A stretch of 16,000 bases of DNA from Roseibacillus sp. Its GTDB lineage: Bacteria; Verrucomicrobiota; Verrucomicrobiia; Verrucomicrobiales; Akkermansiaceae. This document shows positions 5,998 through 11,500 of the stretch, piece by piece. The DNA lies in assembly GCA_965242925.1 (NCBI GenBank), contig CBDEUM010000038.1, forward strand, positions 296,749 through 312,748, given 5' to 3'. The notes below the pieces were generated by a model. The model worked only from the letters and a program-made list of their open reading frames with translations. It was not told the DNA's origin and made no database searches. Position 1 is the first letter of the stretch. Every line of letters starts with the position of its first letter. The position numbers were made by a program, and so were the translations under genes.

Positions 5998-7590
5998 TCA
6001 GTTGGCCTTTACGAGAACGTTGTCGAGGTAGAAGCCGGCGAAGCTTTGGGGAATCGACTCGTTGCTGACGAAGCGAAATTCGATCCGGACCTTTTTCCCG
6101 TTGGCGGAAGTGGGCAGGAGGACGGGATCCGAGGCATCCCAGACGGCGTCGTTCCACTCAATGGCACTCACGAACTCCTCGATCAGGGCATCATTGTTGT
6201 CCGCGTCAAGCACCCGGATTGAGGCGGCGTCACCATCACCTTCCGTGTCCCGCCATTGATGATAGGTGAGGGTCGCTCCACTTGCTGGAACGGAGATGAC
6301 GGGAGTGATGAGGGCAATGTCCTGTGAACTGGTGTAATCGCCGGCGATATTGGTTCCCACGCAATAGGGGATACTGTGGGCGGCAAGGGGTCCGAACAGA
6401 GTGTCAGTGGGAACGCCAATCTCCCAGGCGGTGGTGTCCGCTCCGGTAGTTGTCCAACCTGGTGGGAGAGCGGCGGCGCCATCGAAGTCTTCACTCAGCA
6501 AGGTGCCGGCGACCTCTTCCACAATGGCGAAAAAGCGCCGTGGGCCGACGAGGTTTACTCCAGTTAAAGTGTTGCTGCCCGTGCCTGATTCGGGAATGTT
6601 CTGAAAGAGATTCACCCCATCGTCATAGGTCGGCCAGGCGGAGGGAGAGGTCGTGAGGTCCGTGCTGCTGACGAGATCGTACTGTTTGTCAGCCTGGCTA
6701 TTCCAGGAGAAGTCAAGGAGTCCGTTGCTCCGGGTAACCTTCAGGAGGATCTGGCCGGCGGGTGCTCCATTGCCAGGGCCGGGGAGATAGCCGAATGAAG
6801 TCACGGGTCCCTGCGAATCGTCGACCGTAGTGTTGTGATAGGTGGACCAACCGAAGGCATCATCAGCGGGAGGATTGGGACTCTCAATGATGAAGGTTCC
6901 GCAGAGGCCAGCGAAGGAGAAGGGGTTCATTCCATTTCCGATCAACTGGGCGTTGTGATTCTTCTCAAATTGCCACACCGCAGTTCCGTCGGAAAGGGCG
7001 AGGGAATCATCGGTGCGGGAGGGAGGGCCCCAGAAAAAGACGGTGGGTTGGAACGTCCAGTAACCCGGGACATTGTAGTCGATGGGGTCGTGGAATTGAT
7101 TGAGGATGGGGTCCGGGTGTCCGTTGGTAAGGAGCCAGGCGCCGCCTACGCCGTGGGAGGGGCTGTTCTGCCAATCGCGATGATTGGCCCAGCCGTCCAG
7201 CCCCTTGTAAGCCATGGGGCTGCCCCACCAGTGCTCGAGGACGTCTTCGGCCCCGGTCTCGGTATAGTTTCTGGCCGCCATGTTCGTAATGGTATCGGCG
7301 TTGCTGACCCAGAAGGAGACATCGCGGGTCCATGACTTGTTTCCAGTTACGAGGTCATACCAGTACTGGTAGTCTCCATCGGGAGCCATGGTGAAACCAA
7401 GAAACTCAATGCGTGCCACCGAACGGTGGTTCGAGTCGGAGGGATCGTATTTGATGGAGTTGGTCCCCTCCAGGGCCATGACCTCGTCCAACAAGGGAAG
7501 GGCATGGGATTGTTGTCCGCTGGCAAGAAAAAGGCAGGTCATGAGGACGGCCGTAGCCAGAAGGGAGGGACGGCAGGGTCTGGCAGGCAT
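5998..7590 (-). CDS. Secreted protein of unknown function (530 aa): novel Trp-rich N-terminal domain, beta-sandwich linker, C-terminal MAM-like / choice-of-anchor-J-like jelly roll
   Basis: The track ORF 5998..7752 has a non-signal-like 54-aa leader. The internal ATG at 7590-7588 gives a classical signal peptide, MPARPCRPSLLATAVLMTCLFLASG|QQSHA. The C-terminal ~165 aa (6001-6501) show the pattern EDFDG..LPPGWT....W..G ... KVRIEFRFVSNE...FAGFYLDNVLV. The middle segment (6517-6756), ..DFSWNSQADKQYDLVSSTDL...W.....RRFFAIVE, resembles the C-terminal module of the CotH giant. Confidence 0.75.
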   Translation of the reverse strand: MPARPCRPSLLATAVLMTCLFLASGQQSHALPLLDEVMALEGTNSIKYDPSDSNHRSVARIEFLGFTMAPDGDYQYWYDLVTGNKSWTRDVSFWVSNADTITNMAARNYTETGAEDVLEHWWGSPMAYKGLDGWANHRDWQNSPSHGVGGAWLLTNGHPDPILNQFHDPIDYNVPGYWTFQPTVFFWGPPSRTDDSLALSDGTAVWQFEKNHNAQLIGNGMNPFSFAGLCGTFIIESPNPPADDAFGWSTYHNTTVDDSQGPVTSFGYLPGPGNGAPAGQILLKVTRSNGLLDFSWNSQADKQYDLVSSTDLTTSPSAWPTYDDGVNLFQNIPESGTGSNTLTGVNLVGPRRFFAIVEEVAGTLLSEDFDGAAALPPGWTTTGADTTAWEIGVPTDTLFGPLAAHSIPYCVGTNIAGDYTSSQDIALITPVISVPASGATLTYHQWRDTEGDGDAASIRVLDADNNDALIEEFVSAIEWNDAVWDASDPVLLPTSANGKKVRIEFRFVSNESIPQSFAGFYLDNVLVKAN

Positions 7591-7850
7591 ATTCCAGCAG
7601 TTTAGGCCGAGCCCGGCAGTACTCAATCTGAAGAGCACAGAAAAATCCCGGGCATCCCGGGAAGCAGCAGATTGTCCCTCAGCCTGTTCCCCGTGGTAGG
7701 GGAGGGGAGTGGGACCGGAAGGCTTTAATGAGGGACTTTTATAAACCTTCACTTTTCAGAAATAATGGGCAGGATATTACGTATCTACAGAGGATGCGAG
7801 CCCGTTGAGGGCAATCTCGACAGCTCTTTAGATCACCCACCCATCAAATA
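7591..7850. promoter_or_regulatory. Divergent intergenic region expected to hold promoters for the minus-strand cluster and the plus-strand b562-like gene
   Basis: This is a 260-nt non-coding gap between divergently oriented genes, with the most AT-rich stretch of the window at about 7740-7860. The only weak sigma70-like candidate I could see for the plus-strand gene is TTGAGG (7805-7810), 17 nt, TTAGAT (7828-7833). I do not consider it reliable. Confidence 0.3.
7641..7661 (-). promoter_or_regulatory. Terminator-like hairpin plus U-tract in the leader of the 5998..7590 gene (possible attenuator)
   Basis: The minus-strand RNA reads CCCGGG-AUG-CCCGGG (7661-7647, 6-bp all-GC stem) followed directly by AUUUUUC (complement of 7646-7640). 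It lies 57 nt upstream of the ATG at 7590. There is no upstream minus-strand gene for it to terminate. Confidence 0.3.
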
Positions 7851-8306
7851 ATGAATATGAGAATGACCAAAGGAATAAATTTGCCCGCTGCTTTGCTCTT
7901 CAGTTTGTTGGTCCCTTTCCTGACGGCGTCCCTTGCCGCCGCCGAGGTTGACGAGACTCCGCTTGAGAAGGAAATGGCGACAATCAGCACGGCCTACAAG
8001 CAGTTGGGTCGGCAGGCCCGCAGGGAGGCTTACGACTTTGCGCGACTTACCCCTCTTTTCACGAAGGCGAAAGCAGCGGTGGAGAAGAGCGTGTCTCTGG
8101 TGCCGGCGAAGATCGAGAAGATGACCGGAGCAGAAAAGGAGAAAGCCTTGGAAGGTTACAAGAAGGGAATGGCAGCACTACTGGGAGAAATCGATGCGGT
8201 GCTGACCAGTTGCAAGGCCAAGGACGGGACCAAGCTCAAGGCGGCCTATGAGAAGCTCAAGGAGATGAAGAAAACGGGGCACGAGGAACACATCGACGAC
8301 GAGTAG
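7851..8306 (+). CDS. Exported cytochrome b562-family four-helix-bundle protein
   Basis: 151-aa ORF with signal peptide ...FLTASLAAA|EVDE. By-eye alignment to E. coli cytochrome b562 (sequence recalled from memory): LEKEMATISTAYK ~ LEDNMETLNDNLK, with the axial Met codon at 7974-7976; LFTKAKAAVEKSVSLVPAKIE ~ [28 protein letters not shown] ~ GQIDDAL; DGTKLKAAYEKLKEMKKTGHEEH ~ [25 protein letters not shown], with the axial His codon at 8280-8282. The start could also be Met3 or Met5 (7857 or 7863). Confidence 0.7.
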   Translation: MNMRMTKGINLPAALLFSLLVPFLTASLAAAEVDETPLEKEMATISTAYKQLGRQARREAYDFARLTPLFTKAKAAVEKSVSLVPAKIEKMTGAEKEKALEGYKKGMAALLGEIDAVLTSCKAKDGTKLKAAYEKLKEMKKTGHEEHIDDE

Positions 8307-8337
8307 TCCGGCCCCTCTATTCTACAAAACAATCTCG

Positions 8338-8373
8338 GGTCAGGTTTCCTTCGGGAAGCCTGGCCCTTTTTTT
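8338..8373 (+). terminator. Rho-independent terminator of the b562-like gene
   Basis: 12-bp stem GGTCAGGTTTCC (8338-8349) / GGAAGCCTGGCC (8354-8365) with two G.U wobbles. The loop is the stable tetraloop TTCG (8350-8353). After one C comes a run of 7 T (8367-8373). It starts 32 nt after the stop codon. Confidence 0.85.
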
Positions 8374-8563
8374 GTGATGATGGAGACTGCCCATCCCTGC
8401 CCCGATTCCTCACGGGACCAGCGTGGATGGTTGCCTCTGGGAGGTTGCGGGTGAATCTGGTGACAGGAAGGACGGTCAGGCACCCCGGTGACAGCGGGGA
8501 GGCCTTCATTCCAGGAGGAGGGCAGTCGCTATCTCCCGATTCGCGGCGAGGCCAATTTCAAGA

Positions 8564-11500
8564 TTACCGCCTGATCACCTGGAGGCGCAGGAATTCCCGG
8601 TTGCGGGAGCCAATTGGGAACGCCGATCGGTAGGTGTAGGTGGCTGTGCCGTCCCCGTGGTTCTCGATGGAGACAAGGTGGGTGTCCAGGGAGTTCCAGT
8701 TCTGGAGATCGGGGGAGATCTCTGCGCGGTAGAGAGCTTCGTCAGCAGCAAGGTTTCGCCTGAAGGAGATGTCGAGATGGTTCCGGAGTCCGGCCCCCCC
8801 TTCGTTGAGGCTCGTCAGTCCGAGGGTGATGACCGGATCTTCGGCGGGTTCAGTGTCACTGCTTCCGGTCGCAAATTCAAAGAAGGCGGAGCGCCCGTCC
8901 TGATCCGCGTCGATCCCGGGATCGCCTGCGAATGGAACCGAATCATCTCCACCGGGGGCCCCTCCCAAGGCTACGCTGGCGCGCCAGTTCCCGGGAACCG
9001 AGTGATCGGGGTTGCTGGTTGGTGAGGAGAGGACCAGGGAGAATCCCAGTCCGTCGGGACTGGGGGGCCAGGGGAGGCTGTCACCGTAGATGAAGCGCCG
9101 GATATCCCTGTCATCCTGTCCCTGGAGGGCGATCTCCTCTCCGTTATTTGAGAGATTCCCAGCAAAAAATCCAGGTGCGATTGTGATGCCTTCGGAGGGA
9201 TAGGTTTCGGCGAAGACGGCCTCGTTCCTGGCGATGACCACGCGCTGGAGTGGAGCGAGGACGAACCCCGCGGGAAACTGGTAGGTAATGCCGGCGTCGA
9301 AATGGACATCAGTCAGGTCAATGTCCCCCGTGGGGCTGATGTTCATCAGTTCGATGTACTCGGAATCCTCGCTCGCTCCGATCGGGTTGTACATGATCTC
9401 GGTGATTGCCAGGTTTCCGGGAGAGGCGGGTGTGCCCACAATAAAGGAAGCCTCGGTCAGGGCAGACCACTCCGAGTCATGGAATATCCGGGCCTTGACC
9501 GTTTCGGTCCGGGTGAGGGTGATGGGGGCGGGAGGATCGCTAGGCTTGAAGCCCGAGAGGCGGACATCAAGGCCGAGGTCTCCACTTCCGGTGCTGGACT
9601 GGTGTAATTCCACCGCCAGGAGATTACTCCCCTCTACCAGATCCCCCGGGGTTAACGGATAATCGATGGTGTAGATGTTGCTTTCGTTGCTTCCGGATTG
9701 TCCAGTTGAAGCCAAGGTGCTGTATGCGACCGTGCCGGCGGGCATGTTGGTACGGCCGATCTCGCGCCCGTTGAGGTAAAGAATGGCTCCATCATCGCGT
9801 TTCACGTCCGCGGTGATCCTGATGAAGGAGTTTGCGTCGGTAGCGATGAAGCTTTTCCGGAAATAAATGGTAGGATGACGATTTCCCGAGGGGCCAATAT
9901 CAACGATGGTGGCGAGCGATTCGCCTGAGATATCCGTGGTGCTGTCGCCCCCGAGCATGGCCGGTCCGGCTCCCCAGGCGGCATCGTTGAATCCGGGATG
10001 CTTCCAGTCAGACGAACTGTAGGAGGCATGACCCACCACCACGTTGCTGGCACTCAGACTGGATCCAGCGTCGAGGTAGTGCCAGTCTGCAGCCTCAAAA
10101 TCGAGCAGGGTGTCCAGTCTGATGCCGGTTGGAAGTGATTGTGCGGTTGGGTTGACGGATCCTCCCTGCTGACGGGGGTCTGAGCCATCGAGGGTATAGT
10201 GAATGGTGCCCTCCGCTCCGGTGATATTGAGATCAAATCCGTCAGGAACGACTCCGCCAGACTGGCTTAGAATGGGTGCATCAATACCGGGAAAGAGATC
10301 ATTGGCACGCAGTTCCCGGATAGTGGAGCGGCTGTCGTTCTGGTCGTGCAGAGTGGGGATGTAGTTATTGATGACGTTGTCGCGTTCCACCACCCAGTGC
10401 TGTTCGCGGGTGAAATAGATCGGGTTGTTGACGGTGGGTGGGTGGTAGTCGGCATTGATATCACGGGACGATCCGGGGGTGTTTCCGTAGGGTGTGGTAG
10501 CCTGAGTGTCACCCCAGCGAGCTGACTCGGCCACGATGGCCTTGTCGATCCGGTTGGCGAGTCCGAGGTATCGGTCTATGGAAGCCTGTTCACTCAGAGC
10601 CCCTTCGTTGAAGAGGTGCTTTTGTACGCGGTCCGCGAAGAGCATGCGGAATTCAGCGTTTCGACGCAGTCGCTGGAAGGGTGCGCCTGCCCCACTGGAG
10701 CTGCCGTAGCGGTTCCAGGAGAACTTATCGAGGACGATCTCCTGATCCCAGCACCAGAAGCGGTATTTACCATCGCCACTCCTGATATTGGCGGCGGCGT
10801 CACCATTGTGGTGCGGCCAGTCCTCCGAATCGGCATAAAAGTGGAGGAGCATGTAATCCGCGAAGTTAACTACATCGAGGTAATTCTTGATGGAGTTGTA
10901 GACCCTGTTGTCCGCAATGTTGCCGTTGGCGATACTCATCATCCGGTTCCAGCGGGATCCGCCCCCACTGAGATCCTTGTTGACCTCCCAGTCCTCCTTC
11001 GCGCCGCCGAGGTGTTCAGCCCAGAAGTTGTCCTCTAGGCGCTCGGTGAGGTTATGGAGGCCGAAGTAGAGCCCATTGACGTAGAGATGGACGAAATTCC
11101 CGTGGCTTGAGGGCTGCCCCATGTCCCGCAAGCTCTCTTTCATCCAGACGTCGCGGATATACTGGGAATCATTCGGGCGGTAGCGCGAACTGCCCCAGGA
11201 GACAAGGCCCCAGGAATCGGTGAAGCAGGCGCGCAGGACGAGCTTGTTGAACCGGTCGACCGGGGATTCCGGAAAGAGGGGGTATTCCAGACGCCCAGGC
11301 CCGCCAAATTCAGTGGTGAAGGTCACGCGAAGGGAATGTTTCTGCATGCGGTAGGGACGACGACTGGCATTCCCATGAACCTCGATCTTGGCGTCGACCT
11401 GGAATCCAGGTTCCCCGTCGGGACGAATATACTCAACGGAACAGGGGCGTTCGAAACGGCTTTGCGGGTTGGAATACATGCCGGTGTCGGGCGAGGAGTT

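Noticed and set aside
7591-7752. 54-codon N-terminal extension of the 5998..7752 ORF (MKVYKSPSLKPSG...)
   Set aside because: The extension has no signal-peptide character and runs through the terminator-like hairpin at 7641-7661. The internal Met at 7590 is followed directly by a canonical signal peptide. I therefore call the start at 7590.
8374-8563. 190-nt orphan non-coding gap between the convergent b562-like and CotH-family genes, inspected for tRNA, sRNA, riboswitch or a small gene
   Set aside because: It has no tRNA-like T-arm or anticodon architecture. It contains only short GC hairpins (for example CCCG-N8-CGGG and CCCCG-N7-CGGGG) without U-tracts, plus an 8-nt direct repeat GGTGACAG that is unremarkable at this GC content. 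The overlapping ORFs (8427..8633 +, 8246..8509 -) translate to Arg/Gly/Ser-rich junk. It is probably just the 3' UTR of the giant gene. Term-seq could revisit this.
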